64,000 nt of DNA, taken from Malacoraja senta. Lineage: Eukaryota. Below, piece by piece: positions 41,101 through 51,958 of this stretch (its first letter is position 1; each line of letters starts with the position of its first letter). The translations under genes were made by a program, and so were the position numbers. The notes beneath the pieces are model-generated. The model searched no databases. It saw only the letters and a list, made by a program, of their open reading frames with translations, and was not told the DNA's origin. Location: assembly GCA_038087875.1 (NCBI GenBank), contig CM075978.1:178498001-178562000 (forward strand), written 5' to 3'.

Positions 41101-43067
41101 AGGGGGACCAATATCCTGGCGGGGAGATTTGCAAAGGCTACTGAGGAGACTTTAAACTAGAACGGTTGGGGGGAGGGACTCAAATAGAGAAAGCTAGTGG
41201 AAAATGTGGGAGGCAGGAGGCAGAGAAGGGAAGCACTCGGACCCAAAATGTAGGGGAGAAAGAAGTAAAAGATAATAAACAGAGAATAAGTGGTGGTGGG
41301 TTTCTTAAATGTGTACATTTTAATGCTAGGAGCATTGTAAGAAAGGTGGATGAGCTTAGAGCCTGGATTGACACCTGGAAGTATGATGTTGTGGCGATCA
41401 GTGAAACATGGTTGCAGGAGGGCTGTGATTGGAAACTAAATATTCCAGGATTTCGTTGCTTCAGGGGTGATAGAATTGGAGGGGCAAGAGCTTGTCAAGG
41501 AAGATATTACAGCAGTGCTTTGGCAGGATAGATTAGAGGGCTCGTCTAGGGAGGCTATTTGGGTGGAACTGAGAAATGGGAAAGGTGTAGCAACACATAG
41601 GGGTGTATTATAGACCGCCAAATGGGGAGCGAGAATTGGAAGAGCAAATATGTAATGAGATAGCAGATATTAGTAGTAAGCACAAGGTAGTGATTGTGGG
41701 AGATTTCAATTTTCCACACATAGACTGGGAAACACATTCTGTAAAAGGGCTGGATGGTTTGGGGTTTGTAAAATGTGTGCAGGATAGTTTTTTGCAGCAA
41801 TACATAGAGGTACCTACTAGAGAACAAGCAGTGCTGGACCTCCTGTTAGGAAATGAGACAGGGCAGGTGGCGGAGGTATGCGTTGGGGAGCACTTCGGGT
41901 CCAGTGATCACAATACCATTAGTTTCAATATAATTATGGAGAGGGTCAGAACTGGACCTAGGGTTGAGATTTTTGATTGGAGAAAGGCTAACTTTGAGGA
42001 GATGCGAAAGGATTTAAAAGGAGTGAATTGGGACATGTTGTTTTATGGGAAGGATGTAGAAGAGAAATGGAGGATATTTAAAGGTGAAATTTTAAGAGTA
42101 CAGAATCTTTATGTCCCTGTTCAGTTGAAAGGAAATAGTAAAAATTGGAAAGAGCCATGGTTTTCAAGGGAAATTGGACACGGTTCGGAAAAAGAGAGAG
42201 ATCTACAATAATTATAGGCAGCATGGAGAAAATTAGGTGCTTGAGGAGTATAAAGAATGTAAAAAGAATATTAAGAAAGAAATTAGAAAAGCTAAAAGAA
42301 GATATGAGGTTGCTTTGGCAGGTAAGGTGAAAGTAAATCCAAAGGGTTTCTACAGCTATATTAATAGCAAAAGGATAACAAGGAATAAAATTGGTCCATT
42401 AGAGAGTAAGAGTGGACAGCTATCTGCAGAGCCAAAAGAGATGGGGGAGATATTGAACAATTTCTTTTCTTCGGTATTCACCAAGGAGAAGGATATGGAA
42501 TTATGTGAGGCAAGGGAAACAAGCAGAGTAGTTATGGAAACTATGAGATTCAAAGAAGAGGAAGTACTGACACTTTTGAAAAATATGAAAACGGATAAGT
42601 CTCCAGGTCCTGACAGGGTATTCCCTTGGACATTGAGGGAAGTTAGTGTAGAAATAGCAGGGGCTATGACAGAAATATTTCAAATGTCATTAGAAACGGG
42701 AATAGTGCCGGAGGATTGGTGTACTGTGCATGTTGTTCCGTTGTTTAAAAAGGGTTCTAAGAGTAAACTGAGATGATATATGCATGTGCCTTTAATATAG
42801 TGACCTCATCACTACTAACCACTCCCCATATCACAAGTATAACTACAACCTCCCCACCCACAGATCGCTCTCTAGTTCCTGTGACAGACCACGTACAGCT
42901 AGTGCAATATGTAATGCTCCAGTATGAATAAAGATAGTAAAGTAACGATGTGTCGTTAGAACTTCTTTACATGGTGTCATACCTCTTACCTTGCGCCTCC
43001 TGTCTATCGGTTTATCATTTAATTTTGTCCCAGTTTTTTGTTTCCCCAACCTTCTCATTTCCTCGTT

Positions 43068-43907
43068 ATGGCCACTTCTGCCCGTAAGCCTGATGTGCTC
43101 ATTTTCGATTCTGACATTGCCCATCGATGGGATGTCTTCAAATGTGACTTTGACCACTATGTCACGATCACTCATCCTGCCACCACCCCAGAGCTCACAG
43201 CCTCTCTGCTTCTCAACTTGGCTGGTCCCGAGGCCCTGGCTCGCTCAGACTTCTTCGTCTACGCTGCGGGAGAATCTGCTCGGGACCCGGTATGTCTGGT
43301 GGATAAGTTTATTGCTATTTGTGACATTCCAACAAACTGCATCTTAGAACGTTTTAATCTGTTCGCGCGGCGTCAGCTCCCTGGGGAATCTGCAGAGAAC
43401 TATGTCGCTGCGCTGCGGCACCTGGCCAGGCGGTGCCGCCTCAACACGCTGACCCCCGAGGAGATTATTAGGGACCTTCTGGTTTACGGTCTCCGCGACG
43501 ATAAGCTCAGGGCCGAACTTTTGCGGAGGCCCGATCTGACTTTTAACGATGCAATGCACGCCACTCGCTTGGCTGAGGCCGTCACCTCGGCGGTGTCACC
43601 GGCTGACCATGAGATTAACCTTGCCAGCACTTCCAGCCGTCTGATGAACACGCCCCGGTCGCGACCCCCGGGGTCACTCACTGCTCAAGGAGGACGTGCC
43701 CCGGGGTTCGGAACTGCTCCCGGGGGACGTGCCCGGCAAAGGTGCCCTAATTGTAACTTCACCACTCATCAATACAATGTATGCCCTGCCTTGGGTAAAA
43801 CGTGTAATGTCTGCAAGAAATTGAACCACTTCGCTGCGGCCTGTCGTTCCCATGGGAAGCCTTTCGCTGCACCGAGGTGCATTTTAAAACAACTTGGTAC
43901 AAGCTGA
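43068..43907 (+). pseudogene. gag: Gypsy Gag (two Cys/His knuckles), cut off from protease by a +1 lesion near 43885
   Basis: ATG at 43068; ERFNLFARRQLPGES; CPNCNFTTHQYNVC and CNVCKKLNHFAAAC. Confidence 0.9.
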
Positions 43908-46900
43908 TAGTGAGCTCAGCTCCCCGTGCTATTTCGACGGACAGTCTGTATCTGAATCCGACTCCTCTCAGGGGGAGAACAGCCTGTTTACTGTGTTGGA
44001 CGCACCTGCTATGATAACAGACCCTTCAGTTCGAGTAACTGTGAACAACTCGATCTTCACTGCTAAGATTGATACCGGGGTGGTTGCGAACATTATGTCA
44101 ACAACACTCTTCAACAAGATAAGAACTAATGAGCAGGTTTTTTCTGACAGCTCAACTTTGCATGCTTACGGGGGAGGGGTGCTTACTCCTGTGGGAAAGG
44201 CTACGCAAGATACTGGAGTCCTCTCGGCCCCTCACTTTCTATCTCCTCGATCAATAATGCATTACCCTGTTGGGTATCCAAGCATGCCAGGAAATGGGCC
44301 TGGTATCCTTCCACCGTGACATTCACCAGGTGCAGGCCCTCATGGACCCGTTGGCTGAATACCCCGACCGCTTTGATGATGAGCTGGGCAAACTGCCCTG
44401 CAACTACAAGATTGCAGTAGACCGCAAGATCGAACCAGTGGTCAATGAACCTCACCGTGTCTCCTTCGCCATGAAGGCCAGAGTGGAGTCGACGCTACAC
44501 AGCATGGTAAAAATGGGCATCCTAAAGGCGGTCATCGAGCCCACCAGGTGGGTCTCCACCATGATTGTTGCCGCGAAAAAGGACAAAAGCGAGATACGCA
44601 TTTGCATCAACCCCAAAGACCTCATCCTGGCCATTAAACGCCCACACTACCCTATGAGAACGGTAGAGGAAGTCGCTGCACAGGTTGGTCCGGCAACGGT
44701 CTTTTCTGTCCTCGATGCCAAAAGCTCCTTCTGGCAAATACCACTTGACGAGCAGTCCTCCATCTTGACAACTTTCGCCACCCCCTTCGGCAGATTTCGG
44801 TTTCTCCGAATGCCATTCGGAATCAACTCTGCCAGCAAGGTATTCCCACGGACAATGGAACAGCTGTTTACCGATCTACCGTGCGCCATCATCGTTGACG
44901 ACATCCTCGTTTACGGTAAGGATGTCGCCGAACACGACTTCAGCCCCCGCCAGGTCCTAGACCGGGCCCGGAAAATCAACTTGAAACTGAACCCCAAGAA
45001 GTGCCGATTTCGCGTCCCGGAGGTCACCTATGTTGGACATGTATTCACCGCCGAGGGGCTGAAACCCAACCCGCAAAAAACGGCTGCCATTTCCGGGATG
45101 CCTTCTCCTACTGATGTGGCAGGCCTACAACGCTTCCTGGGCATGGTGAACTACCTGGGGAAGTTCATCCCCAACCTCAGCGAGCTCAGCGCTCCCCTGA
45201 GGGATTTGATAAAAAAGGATACGTCCTGGGTTTGGTTCCCCCACCACCAGGAAGCCTTCGACTTCCTTAAATCCAAGCTAATCAGTACCCCCACACTCAA
45301 GTTTTTTTACCTGCAGCGTCCCATTGTCCTCACCTGCGACGCCTCTCAGTTCGGACTCGGTGCCGCCTGTCTCCAGGACCATGACGGCCTACAGCTGCCT
45401 GTCTCCTTCGCATCCCGCACCATGACCGCCACCGAACAGCACTACGCGCAGATCGAGAAGGAGCTACTGGCCGTGGTGTTTGCCTGCTCCAAATTCAAAG
45501 ACTACATCCTGGGCAACACTTTCACCATTGAAACTGACCACCAGCCGCTTGTCACCATTCTCAACAAATCGATCCATGTGGCCTCATCCCACCTGCAGCG
45601 CATGATGCTGCAGCTCCAGCGCTTCACTTTCAACGTGGTTTATCGTAAGGGCAAGGACATGTTCGTGGCCGACACGTTGTCTCGCGCCCCGCTAATGTCC
45701 ACCGTTCGCCACCCCTATGAGATGTCTGATCTGATGGGGCTCCAAGTGAACATCGTCCCTTCACAGCAGATGAAGTCCCTGGTTGAATACACTGCCAATG
45801 ACCCTGCCCTGCAACAGCTTTCTGCCGTCATCCAGCGGGGCTGGCCCGACCGTCGTTCCGCTTTGCCGGCTGGCGCCGTGCCCTACTTCCTGGTCCGTGA
45901 CGAGCTCGTACTACACGACGGCGTGGTGGTGAAGGGTCACAAGGTGGTTGTGCCTGCTGCACTGCACGACCACTATTTTCAGGTCGCTCACCGCGGACAT
46001 CCTGGGGCCGAAGCCACCGTGTCTCACGCCCAGAGCCAGTTCTATTGGCCTGGTATGGCCCAATACATCCGGGAGAGGGTCTCCTCGTGTTCCACCTGCA
46101 ACAGTCTGGCCCCCCACCAGCAGCGTCAGCCGCTTCTGCAGCAGCCTGCCCCCGAACTGCCCTGGATGGCGGTTGCCGTAGACATTTTCGAGTGGCGGGG
46201 CAAACACTTCCTGGTTGTCGTTGACTCCTACTCCAGCTGGTTCGAGGTCGACCAGCTGCACACCCTAACCTCTTCGGCCGTCATCGACAAGTTAGGCCAT
46301 CATTTTTGCACTTTTGGCCCCCCGGCAAGCCTGCAGTCGGACAATGGCAGCCAGTTCACGAGCTCCGAGTTTAAAGCTTTCGCTTCCAGATGGAACTTCC
46401 ACCATTTCACCTGCAGCCCGGAGTACCCGCAAAGCAACGGTCTGGCCGAGCGCGCCGTCCGCAGTGCAAAGAACTTGCTGGAACAATGTCGTTTATCCAA
46501 CTCCGATTTCTATCTGGCCCTCCTCAATCTCCGCAATATCTCCCGCGACTCTGCCATGGGTTCCCCTGCTCAGCGGCTCATGTCTCGCGCTACCAGACTC
46601 CCGCTCCCTGTGGCCCAGCGCTCCCTCATACCGTCTGTCCTCACGCCTGCTGCTGTTCAGAAATGCATTGCCTTCAGGCACGATGTCCAGAAGCGTTCCC
46701 ATGACAGGTCCTGCCACCCACTGCCGCGCCTCTTCCCCGGTCAAGTTGTCCGCATGCAGACCCCTTCCGGTCACTCCAAGCTCGCTACCATCATCGGCTC
46801 TGCGGGGTCGCCCAGGTCTTATCTCGTCGACCATGCGGGAACCATTTACCGACGGTCCCGCCAGCACCTTCGGCTCGTCAACGAGCCGCGGCCGCCTGCC

Positions 46901-47221
46901 GCGGATCCCTTTGCTCCCCCACTGCAGTTTCCGCGTCCGGGCGATGCTCTGCCCGTCCTTCCTAACATGCAACGGTCTACACCACCTCAACTCCTTCCGT
47001 CCCACCCTACTCCGGCTAGTCCTCACTCGCCTGCCTGCGCTCTGCCCGCATCACCTCCGGTTCTGGTGCCGCGGTCTTCTCCGTCTCCTCCCGTTTCCCC
47101 CTTTCCAGTTCGTCTGTCCCCATCGGTGCCTCTTCATCCTGCCGGAAGGGAGGATGGCGAGATGCGAACCCGGTCGGGACGTGTTGTCAAACCGCCTGTC
47201 CGCTATGGCGATTTTGTTTAA
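43894..47221 (+). pseudogene. pol: Gypsy Pol: protease (disrupted), RT, RNase H, integrase
   Basis: IDTG protease motif; frameshift near 44205 and in-frame TAA at 44255; then 983 open codons with LDAKSSFWQI, MPFG, VDD, DAS/EKE/TDH, HHCC and D,D,E (AVD, SDNG, AER). Confidence 0.93.
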
Positions 47222-48701
47222 CCGTCCTAGCGCATGAGCCGTGGTCGCCCTGTCACTATTGTATTTGCCGGTCGTTTCCAAGGGGAAGGATGTAGATGAT
47301 ATATGCATGTGCCTTTAATATAGTGACCTCATCACTACTAACCACTCCCCATATCACAAGTATAACTACAACCTCCCCACCCACAGATCGCTCTCTAGTT
47401 CCTGTGACAGACCACGTACAGCTAGTGCAATATGTAATGCTCCAGTATGAATAAAGATAGTAAAGTAACGATGTGTCGTTAGAACTTCTTTACATAAACC
47501 TAGCAATTATAGACCTGTTAGTTTGACGTCAGTGGTGGGCAAATTAATGGAAAGGATACTTAAAGATAATAGATATAAGCATCTGGATAAACAGGGTCTG
47601 ATTAGGAACAGTCAACATGGATTTGTGCCTGGAAGGTCATGCTTGACTAAGCTTCTTGAATTTTTCAAAGAGCTTACTAGGGAAATTGATGAGGACAAAG
47701 CAGTGGATGTTGTCTATATGGATTCAGTAAGGCCTTTGACAAGGTTCCTCATGGAAGATTGGTTAAGAAGATTCAATTGTTGGGTATTAATGGTGGAGTA
47801 GCAAGATGGATTCAACAGTGGCTGAATGGGAGATGCCAGAGAGTAATGGTGGATGGCTGTTTGTCAGGTTGGAGGCCGGTGACTAGTGGGGTGCCTCAGG
47901 GGTCTGTGTTGGGTCCACTGTTGTTTGTCATGTACATCAATGATCTGGATGATGGTGTGGAAAATTGGATTAGTAAGTATGCAGATGATACTAAGATAGG
48001 TGGTGTTGTGGATAATGAAGTAGATTTTCAAAGTCTACAGAGAGATTTAGGCCATTTGGAAGAGTGGGCTGAAAGATGGCAGATGGAGTTTAATGCTGAC
48101 AAATGTGAGGTGCTACATCTCGGCAGGACAAATCAAAATACATGGTAAATGGTAGCGAATTGAGGAATGCAGTTGAACAGAGGGATCTAAGAATAACTGT
48201 GCATAGTTCCCTGAAGGTGGAATCTCATGTAGATAGGGTGGTAAAGAAAGCTTTTGGTGTGCTAGCCTTTATAAATCAGAGCATTGAATATAGAAGTTGA
48301 GATGTAATGTTAAAATTGTACAAGGCATTGGTGAGGCCAATTCTGGAGTATGGAGTACAATTTTGGTCGCCTAATTATAGGAAGGATGTCAACAAAATAG
48401 AGAGAGTACAGAGGAGATTTACTAGAATGTTGCCTGGGTTTCAGCAACAAAGTTACAGAGAAAGGTTGAACAAGTTAGGTCTTTTTTCTTTGGAGCGCAG
48501 AAGGTTAAGAGGGGACTTGATAGAGGTCTTTAAAATTATGAGCGGGTTAGACAGAGTGGACGTGGATAAGCTTTTCCCATTGAGAGTAGGGAAGATTCAA
48601 ACAAGGGGACACGACTTGAGAATTAAGGGACAGAAGTTTAGGGGTAACTTCTTTACTCAGAGAGTGGTAGTTGTGTGGAATGAGCTTCCAGTGGAAGTGG
48701 T

Positions 48702-51700
48702 ACATAGATACATAGAAAATAGGTGCAGGAGTAGGCCATTCAGCCCTTCGAGCCTGCACCGCCATTCAATATGATCATGGCTGATCATCCAACTCAGTAT
48801 CCCGTACCTGCCTTCTCTCCATACCCCCTGATCCCTTTAGCCACAAGGGCCACATCTAACTCCCTCTTAAATATAGCCAATGAACTGGCCTCAACTACCC
48901 TCTGTGGCAGAGAGTTCCAGAGATTCACCACTCTCTGTGTGAAAAAGTTTTTCCTCATCTCGGTCTTAAAGGATTTCCCCCTGATCCTTAAGCTGTGACC
49001 CCTTGTCCTGGACTTCCCCAACATCGGGAACAATCTTCCTGCATCTAGCCTGTCCAACCCCATAAGAATTTTGTACGTTTCTATAAGACCCCCTCTCAAT
49101 CTCCTAAATTCTAGCGAGTATAAGCCAAGTCTATCCAGTCTTTCTTCATATGAAAGTCCTGACATCCCAGGAATCAGTCTGGTGAACCTTCTTTGCACTC
49201 CCTCTATGGCTATAATGTCCTTCCTCAGATTTGGAGACCAAAACTGTACGCAGTACTCCAGGTGTGGTCTCACCAAGACCCTGTACAACTGCAGTAGAAC
49301 CTCCCTGCTCCTATACTCAAATCCTCTTGCTATGAAGGCCAACATACCATTCGCTTTCTTCACTTCCTGCTGCACCTGCATGCCTACTTTCAATGACTGG
49401 TGTACCATGACACCCAGGTCTCTCTGCATCTCCCCATTTCCTAATCGGCCACCATTTAGATAATAGTCTGCCTTCCCGTTTTTGCCACCAAAGTGGATAA
49501 CCTCACATTTATCCACATTATACTGCATCTGCCAAACATTTGCCCACTCACCCAGCCTATCCAAGTCACCTTGCAGTCTCCCAGCATCCTCCTCACAGCT
49601 AACACTGCCCCCCAGCTTAGTGTCATCCGCAAACTTGGAGATGTTGCTTTCAATTCCCTCGTCCAGATCATTAATATAAATTGTAAATAGCTGGGGTCCC
49701 AGCACTGAGCCTTGCGGTACCCCATTAGTCACTGCCTGCCATTGTGAAAAGGGCCCGTTTACTCCTACTCTTCGCTTCCTGTTTGCCAGCCAGTTCTCTA
49801 TCCACATCAATACTGAACCCCCAATACCGTGTGATTTAAGTTTGTATCCTAATCTCTTATGTGGTACCTTGTCGAAAGCCTTCTGAAAGTCCAGATACAA
49901 CACATCCACTGGTTCTCCCCTATCCACTCTACTAGTTACATCCTCGAAAAATTCTATAAGATTCGTCAGACACGATTTACCTTTCGTAAATCCATGCTGA
50001 CTTTGTCCAATGATTTCACCACTTTCGAAATGTGCTGCTATCCCATCTTTAATAACTGACTCTAGCAGTTTCCCCACTACCGATGTTAGACTAACTGGTC
50101 TGTAATTCCCAGTTTTCTCTCTCCCTCCCTTCTTAAAAAGTGGGATTACATTTGCTACCCTCCAATCCTCAGGAACTACTCCAGAATCTAAAGAATTTTG
50201 AAAAATTATCACTAATGCATCCACTATTTCTGGAGCTACTTCCTTAAGTACTCTGGGATGCAGCCTATCTGGCCCTGGTGATTTATCGGCCTTTAATCCA
50301 TTCAATTTACCCAACACCACTTCCCGACTAACCTGGATTTCACTCAGTTCCTCCATCTCCTTTGACCCGCGGCCCCCTGCTATTTCCGGCAGATTATTTA
50401 TGTCTTCCTTAGTGAAGACGGAACCAAAGTAGTTATTCAATTGGTCCGCCATATCCTTGTTCCCCATGATCAATTCACCTGTTTCTGACTGGAAGGGACC
50501 TACATTTGTTTTAACTAATCTCTTTCTCTTCACATATCTATAAAAACTTTTGCAGTCAGTTTTTATGTTCCCTGCCAGTTTCCTTTCATAATCTATTTTC
50601 CCTTTCCTAATTAAGCCCTTTGTCCTCCTCTGCTGGTCTCTGAATTTCTCCCAGTCCGCTGGTATGCTGCTTTTTCTGGCTAATTTGTACGCATCATCAT
50701 TTGCTTTGATACTATCCCTGATTTCCCTTGTTATCCACGGATGCACTACCTTCCCTGATTTATTCTTTTGCAAAACTGGGATGAACAATTTTTGTAGTTC
50801 ATCCATGCAGTCTTTAAATGCCTTCCATTGCATATCCACCGTCAACCCTTTTAGAACTAATTGCCAGTCAATCTTGGCCAATTCACGTCTCATACCCTCA
50901 AAGTTACCTTTCTTTAAGTTCAGAACCGTTGTTTCTGAATTAACAATGTCACTCTCCATCCTAATGAAGAACTCAACCATATTATGGTCACTCTTGCCCA
51001 AGGGGGCACGCACAACAAGACTGCTAACTAACCCTTCCTCATTACTCAATACCCAGTCTAGAATAGCCTGCTCTCTCGTTGGTTCCTCTACATGTTGGTT
51101 TAGATAACTATCCCTCATACATTCCAAGAAATCGTCTTCCTCAGCACCCCTGCCAATTTGATTCACCCAATCTATATGTAGATTGAAGTCACCCATTATA
51201 ACTGTTTTGCCTTTGTTGCACGCATTTCTAATTTCCTGTTTGATGCCATCCCCAACTTCACTACTACTGCTAGGTGGCCTGTACACAACACCCACCAGCG
51301 TTTTCTGCCCCTTAGTGTTTCGCAGGTCTACCCATACCGATTCCACATCCTCCAAGCTAATGTCCTTCCATTCCACTTCGTTAATCTCCTCTCTAACCAG
51401 CAACGCTACCCCACCTCCTTTCCCTTTCTCTCTATCCCTCCTGAATATTGAATATCCCTGGATGTTCAGCTTCCAGCCTTGGTCACCCTGGAGCCATGTC
51501 TCCGTGATCCCAACTATATCATAATCATTAATTGCTATCTGCACGTTCAACTCATCCACCTTATTACGAATGCTCCTTGCATTGAGACACAAAGCCTTCA
51601 GGCTTGTTTTTACAACGCTCTTATTACGTTGAAAAGTGGCTCTTTTTGATTTTTGCCCTGGATTTGTCTGCCTGCCACTTTTACTTTTCACCTTGCTACC

Positions 51701-51958
51701 TATTGCTTCCGCCCGCATTTTACACCCCTCTGTTTCTCTGCTCACCCATTTAAGAACCCCACCACCTCTTATTCTCTGTTTATTATTGTTTTCTTCTTTC
51801 CCCCCTACATGTTGGGTCTGAGTGCTTTCCTTCTCTGCCTCCTGCCTCACACACTGTCTAATAGCATTCTCTATTTGAGTCCCTCCCCCCAACCATTCTA
51901 GTTTAAAGTCTCCCCAGTAGCCTTTGCAGAACTCCCCGCCAGGATATCGGTCCCCCTC
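48702..51958 (-). mobile_element. CR1-A LINE, young, truncated within ORF1, inserted antisense in CR1-B
   Basis: Tail at 48702-48790; tggt at 48698-48701 and 51959-51962 (4-bp TSD); the flanks rejoin to match 63950-64000. Confidence 0.95.
48794..51892 (-). CDS. CR1 ORF2, uninterrupted 1032 aa (APE endonuclease plus reverse transcriptase)
   Basis: [43 protein letters not shown]; the annotated start is TTG, not ATG. Confidence 0.93.
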   Translation of the reverse strand: MGGGTQIENAIRQCVRQEAEKESTQTQHVGGKEENNNKQRIRGGGVLKWVSRETEGCKMRAEAIGSKVKSKSGRQTNPGQKSKRATFQRNKSVVKTSLKALCLNARSIRNKVDELNVQIAINDYDIVGITETWLQGDQGWKLNIQGYSIFRRDREKGKGGGVALLVREEINEVEWKDISLEDVESVWVDLRNTKGQKTLVGVVYRPPSSSSEVGDGIKQEIRNACNKGKTVIMGDFNLHIDWVNQIGRGAEEDDFLECMRDSYLNQHVEEPTREQAILDWVLSNEEGLVSSLVVRAPLGKSDHNMVEFFIRMESDIVNSETTVLNLKKGNFEGMRRELAKIDWQLVLKGLTVDMQWKAFKDCMDELQKLFIPVLQKNKSGKVVHPWITREIRDSIKANDDAYKLARKSSIPADWEKFRDQQRRTKGLIRKGKIDYERKLAGNIKTDCKSFYRYVKRKRLVKTNVGPFQSETGELIMGNKDMADQLNNYFGSVFTKEDINNLPEIAGGRGSKEMEELSEIQVSREVVLGKLNGLKADKSPGPDRLHPRVLKEVAPEIVDALVIIFQNSLDSGVVPEDWRVANVIPLFKKGGREKTGNYRPVSLTSVVGKLLESVIKDGIAAHFESGEIIGQSQHGFTKGKSCLTNLIEFFEDVTSRVDRGEPVDVLYLDFQKAFDKVPHKRLGYKLKSHGIGGSVLMWIENWLANRKRRVGVNGPFSQWQAVTNGVPQGSVLGPQLFTIYINDLDEGIESNISKFADDTKLGGSVSCEEDAGRLQGDLDRLGEWANVWQMQYNVDKCEVIHFGGKNGKADYYLNGGRLGNGEMQRDLGVMVHQSLKVGMQVQQEVKKANGMLAFIARGFEYRSREVLLQLYRVLVRPHLEYCVQFWSPNLRKDIIAIEGVQRRFTRLIPGMSGLSYEERLDRLGLYSLEFRRLRGGLIETYKILMGLDRLDAGRLFPMLGKSRTRGHSLRIRGKSFKTEMRKNFFTQRVVNLWNSLPQRVVEASSLAIFKRELDVALVAKGIRGYGEKAGTGY

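Larger units (their letters stand above)
42769..47494 (+). mobile_element. Full-length Ty3/Gypsy LTR retrotransposon
   Basis: LTRs 42769-42971 and 47291-47494 (TG...TACA, differing only by one T); TSD taaac 42764-42768 and 47495-47499; PBS-like tggtgtca at 42972; PPT aaggggaagga 47280-47290. Confidence 0.97.

Noticed and set aside
43880-43895. TTTTAAAAC at the gag/protease break as a programmed frameshift
   Set aside because: The downstream frame is +1, not -1. Removing one A restores CILNNLVQAD, so it is better read as a homopolymer indel (mutation or sequencing error).
46314-47237. 307-aa ORF overlapping Gypsy integrase, plus antisense ORFs in 44200-47300
   Set aside because: Low-complexity Pro/Ser/Arg products expected in alternative frames of GC-rich coding DNA; no domain motifs.
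42769-47494. Apparent paradox of near-identical LTRs with a broken gag-pol
   Set aside because: The LTRs are only about 204 bp; a few lesions in 4.2 kb are compatible with 0-2 LTR differences under neutral decay.
3657-51901. Recurring antisense ORFs such as MPPKWITSHL..., MIMADHPTQY... and [10 protein letters not shown]...
   Set aside because: Shadow frames of near-identical CR1 ORF2 copies; they recur because of copy number, not selection.
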